DNA from: Eledone cirrhosa
Taxonomy: Eukaryota
Direction of reading: 5' to 3'
Length of the DNA: 64,000 nucleotides
NCBI GenBank assembly: GCA_964016885.1
Contig: OZ024746.1
Span: forward strand, 65,906,001 to 65,970,000
A model generated the notes under the pieces. It was not told the origin of the DNA, did no database searches, and was given only the letters and a program-made list of their open reading frames with translations. Of this stretch, positions 11,576 to 24,845 are shown piece after piece (positions within the stretch are counted from its first letter, which is position 1; each line of letters begins with the position of its first letter). The translations under genes were made by a program, and so were the position numbers.

Positions 11576-14500
11576 CCTTGAATCTCAGTCATTGATGTTG
11601 GTTAACTGGAAAGTCCGTTGGATTGAATATCAAGCCACTACCTGCAGCCTCAGATATTCAGGACGTATCGGAGGGTTCTTGCCGTTCCAAGCAAGCATGC
11701 CTTTTGAAGCGTTCCAAAAAGCGTGAAGGGGCCGATTTTCTTTAACCATCCCTGGAAACCTTTGGAGATAGTCCCCAGTGCGCCTATGACAATCGGGATC
11801 ACTTTGACTTCATGGCAGTTCCAAATCCTTTTCACCTCCCACTTTAGGTCCTGGTATCGGTTAATTTTCTCCCTCTCCTTCTCTTGCACTCTCGTGTCGA
11901 ACGGGCAGGCCACATCCACAATCAGGCACGATCTTTTTTCTTTGTCCACAACCACCAGGTCAGGTCTATTGTGTTCCAGTTTTTTGTCCGTCTGTATCCT
12001 AAAATCCCACAGCACCTTCACCTGACTGTTCTCCATCACCGCCTCTGGCCTATGCTCATACCATTTCTCAGAATGTGGTAGATTGTTTACTTTGCACAGG
12101 TGCCAGTGGATCACCCTGCCCATCACATCGTGTCTCCAGCCCTTATAGTGGGTCTGGGCTAGGTGTTTACACTCGGACACAATGTGAGCCACAGTCTCCT
12201 CTCTCTCTCCACAGATCCTGCACAGTGGGCTAGCCTCCTCCTTGTAGATATGGTGCTTCAACCACTTCGTTTTGAGGGCCTGCTCCTGCGCAGCCATTAG
12301 CATTCCTTCTGTAGCCTTTTTGAGGTCTCCTCTTCTCAACCAGTTCCATGTCTGTGGATCTCTAAATTCAGTTTTCTCAAAGAAGGTACTATGAAGGGAT
12401 TTTCCCTTAAGGCTGCTCTTCCTCCTTGATGTTATTTCCTCCTTGGATATCCCCTGGCCTACTCTCCCCTCCTTCAGTACAGCTCTGAGCATTGGCTCCT
12501 TACTATAGGTCACGTATTTGTATAGGTTGTTTTTCTCCATCTGAACACAGTCCTCTATGCTGATAAGACCTCTTCCACCCTCAGATCTCCTTAGGTAGAG
12601 TCTATCGACATCACTCCTCTTGTGGAACATGTTGTAGATAGTCAATAGCTTCCTAGTCTTCCTATCCATTTCTTTTTGTTCAGCAACATTCCATCTCAGA
12701 ATTCCCGCACTGTACCTAATAATAGACACAGCTCGGGAATTTACTGCGCTTATGGCATTTCTGCTGTTCAGATGTGACTTCAATACGCTCCTTACTCTCC
12801 GAATGTATTCAGTTCTTAACAATTCCTTCATTTTTTTGTTCTTTATGCCATCAGCCTCCAGAACGCCCAAATACTTGTATCCTTCCTCAGAGTCAATTTC
12901 CTTTATCATCTCACCTGTTGGTATCTGGATCCCGTTACTTCTGCTCAACCTACCCCTCCTCATCACAATGACTCCACATTTACCAATACCAAACTGCATA
13001 CATATATCACTGCTGAAAATACGGACAGTGTCAACAAGCACATCCAACTCCTTCTCACTTTTCCCGAAGAGCTTAAGATCGTCCATGAAGAGGAGGTGAT
13101 TGATGGTAAGCTCTCCCCTTCCCAACTTGTATCCTGCTCTCACTTTTCGCAGCATAATGGTCAAGGGCATCAGGGCAAGGACAAACAACAGAGGGGACAG
13201 GCTATCTCCCTGGAAGATACCTCTCTTGATCTTCACGCTTCCCAAGGATACTCCAGTTGATGTCAACTCTGTCTCCCAGGACCCCATACTCCTGCCCAGC
13301 AACTCTCTGATGTTATCTGCCACCCTGAAGATCTCCAGGCTTTTGGTGATCCAGGAATGAGGCACCATGTCAAATGCCTTTCTGTAGTCTATCCATCCCA
13401 TGGCAAGATCAGTGTGTCTCCTCCTGCAATTCCCCATTACCATCTTATCAATAAGCAACTGGTCCTTTGTACCACGTGACTTCTTTCGGCATCCTTTCTG
13501 TTCGTCCGGCAACAAGTTGTTTGTGTGGAGGTGATGGTAGATTTCCTCAGACACAATGCTCGTCAACAGTTTCCACATTACGGGCAGACATGTGATAGGT
13601 CTATAGTTGGTAACATCATTACCCTTGATTCGGTCTTTCATTATCAGAACTGTGGTACCTTTTGTCAACCACTCTGGCACCTCACCCGACACCAAGCAGT
13701 CATTGAACATGGCCGTCAGCTTCGGGTGGAGGGATGTTAAATGTTTAATCCAATACCCCTGCACACCATCTGGGCCTGGTGATTTCCAGTTGGTTAGTTT
13801 TTTGGCTTGCCCCTTAAGAGTTTCAACTGTGATACTCAAATCAGTCTGTTGCTGTGCCTGCTCACCGATCTCCCTCTGTACTGTCTCAATCCACCCTGCC
13901 TGGGCATTGTGTCTAACATCCTGCTCCCATATTCCTCTCCAGAATGTTTTAGCTTGTTCCGCCCCAGGGATCAAGTCGGTGCCTCTTTCTTTCCCCTCAA
14001 GCTGTCCAAACAGCATCTTCTGGTTGTTGTCGAACATGCGGTTCTGTTTATACTGACTGACTCTGTTCTCGTATCGCCTGATTTTGGCACTCTTTGCTAC
14101 AATGCGTTGCTTCAATTCCTCTATGATAATATTTAGCTTTTTACTCCTAGTTTTGTATTTTATTTCCAGTCTATTTTTAGTGCCTATGTTTTTTAGTGTC
14201 CCATTCAGTAGTGACTCAAGCTTTCCTATGTCATTTCTCATTTCCCCGATTTGCCCACTCAGTCGCTTCTTCCACCACGGCTCTGCTCTTTCTTGTCTGT
14301 TGTTTCCTCTCGCTTTTATACCAAGTAGTTTCCTCACCGTATTTGCTGTTGCTTTGAGGATATTGTTGCACTGGTGAAGACTCCTCGCCTCAAGGTATGG
14401 GATGACTTTGTTTACCTTAGCTGTTGTTTCTTTTAACTTTTTCCTGTCTACAAATCTTAGGTTCATAGGTCTCCCACTATCATTGTTCAACTCATCTACC

Positions 14501-16082
14501 ACTAAATTTAGGATGTCAACCGAATCTTGTCCTAGCCCGTCAGCATTCATCTCCTCAGTGGCCGTATCTCTGTTCCAGGTATTATTTATCTCAGTATTCA
14601 GATCATTGTCTGCTTCGGGTGGTTCCTCCGCTCTCAGGACCTCCTCACCTTCATTTCCCGCCGGCTCGCTTGTCTGGCATACTACACCCGCCATCTCCAA
14701 GCCATTCTCTCTGCTCAGTTCCTCCAGTTCCAGCTCGCTTATCCACCCATTAGTTCTTATTACCCGAGCCTGCCCGGCCAATTTTTGTTCATCTAATTTA
14801 AATAAACCAATCTCGTTCCAGATGTTATGCATCCGTCTCCTGTAGCCCCTCTCCTTGGGGTTACTTTTCAGGTAGCATTGCATAACAGTTCTATTCAATT
14901 CTTTCGTCCAGTTGGTTCTGGCCCCTTTCCTTCTTCTTCTTCCTCCAACATCAGCAGTATTTCGTTGACAGTCAGGTTCCTGCTGCTGAGCCAGGGGGCA
15001 CCTGTTGGGTGAGAGTCTGTCACATGACGTTCTAGTCTCCATTTCACCGTTATTCGAACTGTTTATGTTCGATATTTAAACACTCTTATCGAGGATTGGC
15101 GAATGTATGTTTACATAGCCATCTGTGGATCCGCCATCCCACTTGGCCCTTGTGTGGCATTATCACCACGCTGTATACGGACACACATAAACAAACAAAC
15201 ACACGGGCAGAAAGGGCCCCAAAAATGAATAAGCATAAGTTTCATTGTAATGTAGTATTCGAATGTCTGACTTAGTTTTTGTTTTTTAAGTTTTACTTTT
15301 TCCCCCCTCTTCTCTGTCCGTCCGCCTGCCTCTCTCTTCATTCTTATTTTCTTTACGTTTTGGGGGTTTCTTTTTTTGTTTTTGTTTTTCTCTGTTTTTC
15401 TCGTTTTTTACTGTTGTTGCTGTGCTGCTTTTGTTGTTTATTTTTTCTTTTTTCTTTTGAGTCTATCTATATATTTTGATGCCTTCCTCTTTTTTAGCAG
15501 TAGGGATTCTATAATGTGGTGGCAGCAGCCAGCTAAAAGAAGAAGTGGGAGACTGGCGGCGGTAGCGATACTGAGACAGTGGTGGTGGTGATGTCGATAC
15601 CGAGACAGTGGTGGCGGTGATGTGACCGTATTACTGTAGCGATGGTGCTGTAGCGGTGGCAGCAGTGAAGGAGTGAAGGGGTGGTGGCGGCGGTGATGGG
15701 ATAATGGTTGTAATGATGGCCGTAGTGATCGGTGGTGGTTTAGTGTACACAGGTGATAGGGTGGGTGGTGTATCTAGTTTCTGGTGTTGGTGAGTTTGGC
15801 TGTTCTATATAGTGTATACAGAGGAGGAGGGGGGGGGGTTCTTCTTCCATTTATAGCCATTTTCTTTTTTGGATATACAGTGTACAATACAAAGTTGAAT
15901 ATTTGAATATTTGAGCCTTATAACAATATATTTTGGGTCCGAATTTTTTGGGGCTCAAGCCGGGTGCTTTACGTAGCATTTGTACTAAGAGTTGTTATTT
16001 CACAAATGGTTTAAATATGTTAAAAATTCAAAACTTACGGGAGCGATTTCATGACCTCCGTCACCTCGTGCGTCTTCTTCCC
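11576..16082 (-). mobile_element. Probable full-length R4/Dong-clade RLE non-LTR retrotransposon inserted in (TAA)n (5' boundary uncertain: ~15200 or 16082)
   Basis: Single long ORF, ~75-nt 3' UTR ending in (AAT)n; (TTA)n arrays at 11541-11575 and 16083-16189 bracket the interval. Confidence 0.8.
11650..15042 (-). CDS. RT + CCHC zinc finger + restriction-like endonuclease polyprotein, 1130 aa (R4/Dong clade)
   Basis: RT motifs [81 protein letters not shown]...DVACPFD...EKINRY...PIVIGALG; no internal stops. Confidence 0.95.
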   Translation of the reverse strand: [1130 protein letters not shown]

Positions 16083-16189
<107 letters not shown>

Positions 16190-16615
16190 GTTCTTTGAGT
16201 CTCAGTCATTCATGTTAGTTAACTGGAAAGTTTGTTGAAATTAATATCAAGCCACTACCTGCAGCATCAGATATTCAGGACGTATCGGAGGGTTCTTGCT
16301 GTTCCCAGCAAGCATGCCTTTTGAAGCGTTCCAAAAAGCGGAGCGGGGCCAATTTTCTTTAACCATCCCTGGAAACCTTTTGGAGATAGTCCCCAGTGCG
16401 CCTATGACAATCGGGACCACTTTGACTTCATGGCAGTTCCAAATCCTTTTTACCTCCCACTTAAAGTCCTGGTATCGGTTAATTTTCTCCCTCTCCTTCT
16501 CTTGCACTCTCGTGTCGAATGGGCTGGCCACATCCACAATCAGGCACAATCTTTTTTCCTTGTCCAAAACCACCAGGTCAGGTCTATTGTGTTCCAGTTT
16601 CTTGTCCGTCTGTAT
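16190..16615 (-). mobile_element. 5'-truncated copy of the R4/Dong element (endonuclease C-terminus + 3' UTR)
   Basis: Highly similar to 11576-11997 ([29 protein letters not shown]...), with a frameshift; (TTA)n on both sides. Confidence 0.93.
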
Positions 16616-16637
16616 TTATTATTATTATTATTATTAC

Positions 16638-16668
<31 letters not shown>

Positions 16669-19600
16669 GGCGACCTACGTAGTAAATCGTATTATCGTGA
16701 GCTCCGCAAAGGTTTATTTTCAGTTGTTTAAAATTGCCATTTATGGAAAATGTTTATTGTTAACTGTATATAAGTGCACATACATTGATTTCTGAAAAGG
16801 ACACTCAAAAAGATTGGGGCTTGGAGCCCAAAATGTAAACTTTTATAATTATCAAAAAAGAAAAAAAAAATTTTCTTTGAAAAATCATGGGCGACTCAAA
16901 GCTGAACCCAGTAGCTTCCTCACAAACTAACACCTCACACCGACACCACCATTGTAAATATTACTACGTTTGCCAACACTAAAAATATAAGCAGTAGCAA
17001 TATTTTAAATTTGTCTCAGGCAGACATTCATTTCCCGCCATTACCAATGACTGCAGGTGTTGAAGCCGCCACCCCCACGACCACCACAGCAACAACAGAA
17101 GCAAAAAAAAAAAAATTATCTCGTGATATCGAAACGAATTCAGCGAAAATGAACTCTTCCACACCGAACACGACTGACGCCACCACGACCACAACTGAAA
17201 CTAAAATTAACAATAACAAACATAACGATAACAACAACAGTAACAATGGGAATAAGAAAGCCCTGTCTTTTGCCAGAGTAGCGAAGAAGCATTCCAGGAA
17301 ACTCAGGAGGAATTAGAAGAAGCCAAAAAAGTGGTAAAGAAAGATGGGTACAGGGTCAGTCCCCCCCTAATAAAATGGCGCATCGACGCCTATGCACCGT
17401 GTCTTATCGGACGAGTAACATAAAATCGCGCCGAGTGGAACGGGCATCCGAGTCCCAAATCCCAAAACCTTTGGGACATGTGTGGGCAAAAAAACCCACA
17501 TCAGACGTGGGCATAAACATGGTACCGTGGACGTGTTTTTTGAAATACCACAGGAGGCCAGAGAATACTCCATGGCCCCATTAAGAAGTGATGACTTCAC
17601 ACTCGTCCCAAGCTATTGTGGCCAGAGACTCGTGAAGTTCAGGGTGACCTACGTTCCACCAGCCATCGAAATTCCCTGGCTAATGGCTGCCGTCCTCGCC
17701 GGCTTTGAAGCCAACACCAAGATAATCGAAATAGCGAAAGAAAAGCAGGAGAACTGGTTCGGATCTGGAATGCAGCTCCTGATCCAAGCGGACTAAAAAA
17801 GCATTGATGAGATCCCAGAGGTAACAGACCTCACTGACGGCAGCCACCTCACCGTAATCGTCGAGGGCAGAAGGCCTAGGTGTGTCGTTTGTGGTGAAGG
17901 AACCCACCTAAGGGCTTTCTGCCCTCAGGCTAAAAGGTTGAGCCACCTCTCTTACCCACCCCAGTGACTCAACCATCAACACCACCAGCAGGAGAAATGG
18001 CAGCAACAACTGTAGCAGCAACAACAGAAGCAACTGTAACAGTAACAACCCCAGCAACAGTAGTAAAACCAACACCACCACCACCCAACGCGCCAGAACT
18101 AGCACCAGCGCCTACACCATCCACCACGCCATAACCAAAACCAACGCCTGTGGAGGATTTTCCACTCCCCGACCTATCGCAAGTGGAGACAGATTGTGAC
18201 GACGAGGAGTGGCAAACGGTATCAGAAAAAACGAAAAAAAGAAAAAGAAACCAAAAAAGAAAGAAAACCCTTCCATCCTCCTCCAAAAACAAAATACAGA
18301 GGGAAACAATAAACTATCAAACAAAAAAGGTAGGAGAGCTATGCCACTTCCACACAAGCATCACCAACCCCATCACAACAAACACCAACACCATCACCAT
18401 CATTAACCCCAACACCACCATCACCAACACAACAAAAGTCACCAAAAAGCGAAACAGAAACAAACCCAAAACAAACGCAAACGAAACAAAACAACCAAAA
18501 CGATACACACTACACAGCAATAAATTTGAACAACAACCAATTATTACACTACATCCAACACAAGACCAGCATCACAGAAAAAGACTACACAACCACTCAA
18601 AAGTTCACACAACCTCCACACATACAAATCACTCGCATCACACAGAAAACGAACACGACACTAAAACAAAAATTCAGCAAAGACATCGGACATTTCTGAC
18701 AAGCACTCTCCAGAAGGATTTATAAGAACATCCTTCCGGGGGAGGCCAGAAGCAGTGAAAAGGATGGAGAAACCATCCTTCCGCTACGAGAAGTAAGGTA
18801 AGTGGTCTTTCCCATCTTTTCCACTCCATTTCAACATGACCTCACTCAGAATAGGTAGCATAAATGCGCATGGCTTGGGGTCGTCATGGAAGCAGGGCCA
18901 CCTGCTCAACGACCTCAGGTCACTAAACATAGATGTAGTGGCCATCAGCGAGACCAGAATCTCCGAAGCACGGGGCTTCGCACCGATCTTCGGCGGCTAC
19001 GATGTGTACGCATCTCCCAGCCGTCCTGGATCGGGGGAGGAGTTGCTGTGCCTTTTCGGAGAGGTTTGGATCTGACCTTACGGGCCATCTTGCTGGACCC
19101 AGAAGGTAAGTTGGTGGTGCTGGGCGTGACCAGCGGAGACGTGCAAGCTTTCAGGTTAGTGGCCTGATTTCTTCCGGCGTCTGGAGACCTTTCTTGGAAC
19201 GTCCCGCTCTTTAGTGTTAGTGGGCGACTGGAACGGGATCTTAGATGCACGCTGGGACTGAGTGGGATTAGCGGATAGGGGAGGAGGGTGCAAGAGCCTC
19301 ACCAACCTGCTCAGGCGTTTTGAACTGTTTGACAGGCACCGATTGGATTTCCCAAACGTGCCAATGTGGACTTGGACAAACCGCATAGGGTCATCCAGAT
19401 CATATCTAGATAAAGTATTTTGTAGGGAAAATTGATAGGTCTAGCATAGGCTGTCCACAATTCAAGATAGTCAGCTACACGGACCACAAATTCGTGATCT
19501 CTGTGCGTGATTTAGATAGGCTTCATAGACGAGGATCCGGCTACTGGAAGCTAAACGCCTCCTTACCAATGCGCAAGGCCTACAGAGACCGGATTAGCGA

Positions 19601-20045
19601 ACTAGTTAAGCGGGCGTTAATGGGGGCCATCGTCAACAACAAGTGGTGGTTTGCTCTGAAAAGAGCGATTAGAATATAGTTCATTAGGTTTAGTAAGGCT
19701 TTAGCAATAGAGAAATGTCTGAATCGCGGCATGGCAGCAAAGCTCCAATCAAACTGTTGGCGCGGGTGCAGGTTACTAGGTACCAAACACATATTTGCGG
19801 CGTTTAAGAAACACTTCGCTCAGGAGTGGTGGTGAGCTGCATATATACGGGAAGTGTTGACTAACTGCGCGACGGGGAAATCGTCTGTTTTAGTTGGTTT
19901 GGTCGATGGGATTTACGCTTAAAAACCAGAATTGTTCGGTGAGCTTTTAGCAGACGCCTACTGCCACTAGCTGCGAAACGGGTGAATTCGAATTTCTGTG
20001 AGCCGATGTGCGGTGGCACTGCTGAGAATTGACTCGAACATAGGC
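16669..20045 (+). mobile_element. Decayed L1/Tx1-clade non-LTR retrotransposon (ORF1 + APE-endonuclease part of ORF2; most of RT deleted)
   Basis: ORF1 remnant 17011-18800 with SFARVAK and zinc knuckle CVVCGEGTHLRAFC (17881-17922); ORF2 from 18836: IGSINAHGL, DVVAISETR, LVGDWN, WTW...SRSYLDKVF, TDHK, GSGYWKLNASL; many stops/frameshifts. Confidence 0.88.
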
Positions 20046-20268
20046 TAATGTATTGAAAATATTTATAATGAAATTGTGTTTATATAACCATATAAAGAAT
20101 GTGGTTTGCTGTTAGTCATATCTGAAGAAGGGTGAGCCGCCCATATCTATTATGTAACCATATGACCGTACACAAGAGCAACTTGACATGTACGCTCGCA
20201 CGGACTCACATACGCATGCGTAAATAAATAATACACACACACATACTCACACACACACACACACACAC

Positions 20269-20300
<32 letters not shown>

Positions 20301-20318
20301 CATATATACATATATATA

Positions 20319-20434
<116 letters not shown>

Positions 20435-21441
20435 TTACATATATATATATCGTACCATTATAGGAATATCTTAAATATAATTACACTTGGCATATTACTC
20501 ATTAAATTATCTCACTTGACTGATATTAAACCTTCTGCAGCCGACATTTTGACGTATGTTGCAATTTTCTCTGGCTTGTTTAACATTCTAGCTGCAGTTT
20601 TACAAAATCCTTCTGTGGATAACTATTGTGTGTGTATAAATTGTATTTTGCATAATATATTGCAGTTCACACAGGAGTATGACTCTACCTAATTATGCTG
20701 TTTTACAATCGTTAAACTTAACAAACACTTACTATTTTCCGCAACTACAGCAATGAAATTAGTGTGACTGTTTACAAAGAAACAACAAAATTATTTCATG
20801 ATAGTCAATTTGTATCACTATATTTTTTTCTCTTGAGTATATTATACTGGGTAATAGAAAATACTTGACACATTTCATACTTGACTGTTTACCACTTTGT
20901 AACAAATATACAGTCTTCAGGTTTCTAAGTGCGTTAGTATCAGGTACATCTCTGAATTAATATATATTTTCATTCGTATAGCATAAATGTTTTTCAACAA
21001 CCAAAGAATCGATATAATTCTGACAAATTTGTTTTTATATGTCTATATGCTAACATGTTTGATCTTTAATTGGTGCACTCCTATGAGAAGTAAATTACAC
21101 ACATGCAAAATAAAAATAAAATGTTTCCTATACTATCAAGTAACGATGTTCTATAAATAACATGCGCCGTAGAAAATCGAGTGGCCATATTAATAAACAA
21201 TTATCCAATTCGATGTATAAAAGTACATGGATGTCATATCTTATATGCCTGATCGTTAAAATTACATAGTTATAGTTACCAAACCATGTAATATTCATTT
21301 GACTTCGGAATTAAAGGCAGTGATGTGTTGAAACTCCCAGAATAATGGCGATTGAAAACAATGACACATCTATTAATGATACTTAGACCAAGATAAACAT
21401 TGACCTAGATGGCCTAACCTGAAACGGTTCACAGACTTGGG

Positions 21442-21474
<33 letters not shown>

Positions 21475-21475
<1 letters not shown>

Positions 21476-22375
21476 TAGCAGCAGTACCCAGCGTGCCTGG
21501 GTAGGTAAAATATCTGCTTTGATGAAAAGGTGTTGATCTTAGCGGCTGCTTCTCGATGACTCATCTATAGCCACACACAGGCCATGCGGGGGAGGGTGAT
21601 GATGACCTCTATCATTGATAAACGCGGTTGACTGACGACGATGCGTGCTGGGGGAGGGAGGTAATGACCTCTAACACTAAGCCAAATTTCCTCACGCTAC
21701 TTGATTGGAAACCGATGAATTCTCAAATAAACAACTAAAAGCTCAGATGACGTCAGTGGACATAGTTTTGCCTTTGACCATCTATAAGATGTGCAATGAT
21801 AGGTTCTATCGTAGTATAAAAGTTGAACCAAATAAATTGATTTTTGTGTGAGGTGACGCTGAAGTTTCGAATTTGAACGAAATGTAAAGCCACTTTAAGA
21901 CGTGAAATAATCAGATCTAGCGTAGTGTAAACTTTCAACAAAGTAGGTTGATTAATCTGGGAGCTACAGCCGAAAAAAGTGGAAATTTCAGTCTAAAAGT
22001 GGTATTTTGAATATTTAAGCGGCTGCCACGCTGTCCCTGAAAAGCAAATGCAAAAGATAAAGCCATTACAGGATGTGCAATGATAAATTCTATTTTGCTT
22101 TACAATTTAAACGAAACCGGTGGCAAAATGTGGGAGCTTGAGCAAAAAACCTTATTTTTCTATACCTAAAAAAGGGTGACTCCCTCCACCGATTTTTATC
22201 TGCAGAATGACCCCGGAATGAAAGAAACGATACGCTGATATATAGAAAACACTCCCCGATGACTAATCTATGAGCCTGTAAAGTTTCAGGAAAATCGGTC
22301 GTAAGATATAGGCCCCTATAGGTAATACATAGACACACAGACACACACACATACTTAATTTTATATATATGCAGA
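21475..22375 (-). mobile_element. Non-autonomous Helitron
   Basis: Minus strand starts A|TC(tgcatatatataaaatt...) with an internal (TG)/(TGTC) microsatellite and ends with hairpin ACCCAG-gcacg-CTGGGT, 7 nt, then CTAG|T; no TSD, A|T insertion. Confidence 0.8.
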
Positions 22376-22429
22376 TATCATATCACATCATACTATATAT
22401 ATCCATCCTGAACAGCCTCAGGATGGATA

Positions 22430-24645
22430 CACTGGGTTACATGGTGGGCATGGTTATGGCTCATGAAACGAAGAGGAGTGAGGCTTCTCGAATTTTGTGA
22501 TGCAAGTGCACTAACTATTTGCAACACTAACTTCAAGAAACCTACCAACCACCTAATAACCTAAAAATCAGGTGAGCACATAAGCCAGATTAACTTCTTG
22601 CTAGTTAGGCAGCGAGACACACAGATGGTGTCAAATACTAAGGCATACCCCGGAGAATAATGTACACCCCAGCAAGAGACGAAATGAGACATACAGGAAG
22701 GTGTATAAAAGGAAGGTCTGGAAACTAAAATATAAATTCAGGAAAGCCCTTCAAGATGTATATGATGAGAAAGAAGACGTTTTAGAATCGTATGACATAG
22801 ATAATAACTGGAATTGCTTACGTGACAGCCAACTGCAGGCTACTGAAGAAACTTGTGGCTGGAGCAGAGCTCCGACCAGAACAGTGTGACCTGGTGATGG
22901 AACAACACGGCAGATAGGGCCATTAGAGATAAACGACTAGCATGGAACGCTTGGAAAAATGGAGACCGATACACAAACGCTAAGAAATAAGCTGGACGTC
23001 ATGTGTACTTAGCACGCAGAGAGGCTGAGAGTAGGATTTCAGCCAATGTTCTGCGACGGGAAGATCAGAGACGTGCAGTGTTCGTCATTGCAAGGCAGTG
23101 TGTAAATCAGGATGTTGTTGGAGATAAATGTGTCCGGAATGTTGCTGTTGTACTTAATGTCACTCATGATCAGAAAAAGGAGGCCTGGAAATGTCATTAT
23201 GAGAGGCTGATGAATGGCAAGAACGAATAGAAGAGAGAGAAACTACCCCTAGTAGAGCCGTCAGAGGGACCAGCTACTGAGATTGACGAATATAGAGTCC
23301 AAGAGGCAATTAAGGAAATGAAAAATGGTAAGGCTGCTGGACCGTCGGGGATAGTTGCTGAGATGCTGAAGGCATCAGGGGGAGTCGGTACTAAACTGGT
23401 TGAACGCATCGTCAATCAAGCTATATATGGCGGAGTCATACCCACAGACTGGTGCAACAGTATTCTCATAAATTGTTACAAACGTAAAGGGGATGCTCTG
23501 AAGAGGAACAATTATAGAGGATAAAACTGATGGTTCAGGTTATGAAAGTTGCAGAAAGGATATTAACGCAACCAATTAGTGAAGTGGTCAAACTAGATGG
23601 GATGCAGTTTGATTTTGTGCTCGGGAAAAGTATAACAGATGCCCTCTTCTTAGTGAGACAACTACAAGAGAGGTTGTTAGAGAAGAAGAATCCACTATAC
23701 TTAGCTTTTGTTAACCTAGAGAAGGCCTTTGATAGGGTACCCCAATCTGTCATCTGGCGGTCCCTAAGGAAATTAGGTGTAGAGGAATGGCTTGTGAGGA
23801 CAGCAGTGCAAGCTTTGTACAGAGGTGCTGTCAGGAAAGTGAGGGTTGGAATGGAGTTTGGTGAGGAATTTCAGATACAAGTAGGAGTACATCAGGGTTT
23901 GGTCCTCAGCCCACTCTTGTTCATTATAGTCCTTCAAGCCTTAACAGGCTGGTTTAAGACCGGCTGCGCATGGGAATTTCTCTATGCTGACGACCTGTTT
24001 CTTATAGCAGAATCAGTAGAGGAGCTAGAGAATAAATTCTGGATATGGAAACAGCAGTTAGAATTAAGAGGACTGAGATTTAACGTAGCAAAGACTAAAG
24101 TGTTGATAAGTAGAACAGAGGACAAAATTCTGATTCCGCCAGGGAAAGGGCCATGTTCGACCTGTAGAAAAGGAACTGGCATAAATTCTATAAAATGTAC
24201 GCAATGCAGATCTCGGGTACACAAGAGGACGGTGTGAGATGCTCGATGCTGCATGGTAGCGAGACATGAGCAGCAACTGCAGAGGATTTGCGACGGCTGG
24301 AGAGAAATGAAGCAAGCATGCTCCGTTGGATGTGTAATATCAATGTACGTGAACGACCAAACATGGATGAATTGAAAGAGAAACTGTGTATAAGAGGGAT
24401 AAGTTGTCGTCTGCGGGAGAGAAAACTGCGATGGTATGGACATGTGATGTGCATCGAAGATGACCGCTGGGTAAAGAGGTGCCAAGAAATGCCAGTAGAA
24501 GGAAGACACAGTAGAGGAAGACCACGAAAAACATGGCCGGAGGTGGTGAGAGCGGAGTGCCGTGACAAGTGGAGGGATGCTATACTGAATAGGATTCGTC
24601 CCACCCTTTCAAGTAGGGAAAAGCGGATGCAAGATGATGATGATG

Positions 24646-24647
<2 letters not shown>
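22430..24647 (+). pseudogene. Decayed RTE-clade LINE (endonuclease end, RT, 3' (GAT)n tail)
   Basis: GKAAGPSGIVAEMLKA, YKRKGDAL...NYRG, LEKAFDRVP, GVHQGLVLSPLLF, LYADDL, KLRWYGHV, RGRPRKTW; tail gatgatgatgatgat at ~24633-24647; stops and frameshifts. Confidence 0.92.
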
Positions 24648-24725
<78 letters not shown>

Positions 24726-24799
24726 TATATGTCAAAATTATACGGATGCACCAATACAAATAACGCTGTGCAATGAAATAAATATTGATATTTTAGGAA

Positions 24800-24845
24800 C
24801 CTTGTCTGTAAATTTCGGACACTAGTCCTTCATCAGAGTATACTA
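24800..24845 (-). ncRNA. Partly degenerate minimal hammerhead motif in a short element (24724-~24850) abutting (TA)n
   Basis: Minus strand tact-CTGATGA-a-GGAC-tagt-GTCC-GAAA-tttacag: exact core and stem II; stems I/III not clearly closed. Confidence 0.6.

Noticed and set aside
11723-15012. Plus-strand ORFs overlapping the 1130-aa ORF
   Set aside because: Antisense shadow frames of the retrotransposon ORF with no recognisable motifs.
15100-15230. HDV-like ribozyme in the R4 leader (known for some R4-clade elements)
   Set aside because: Partial pairings are visible but I could not build a convincing P1/P1.1/P3 nested pseudoknot by eye.
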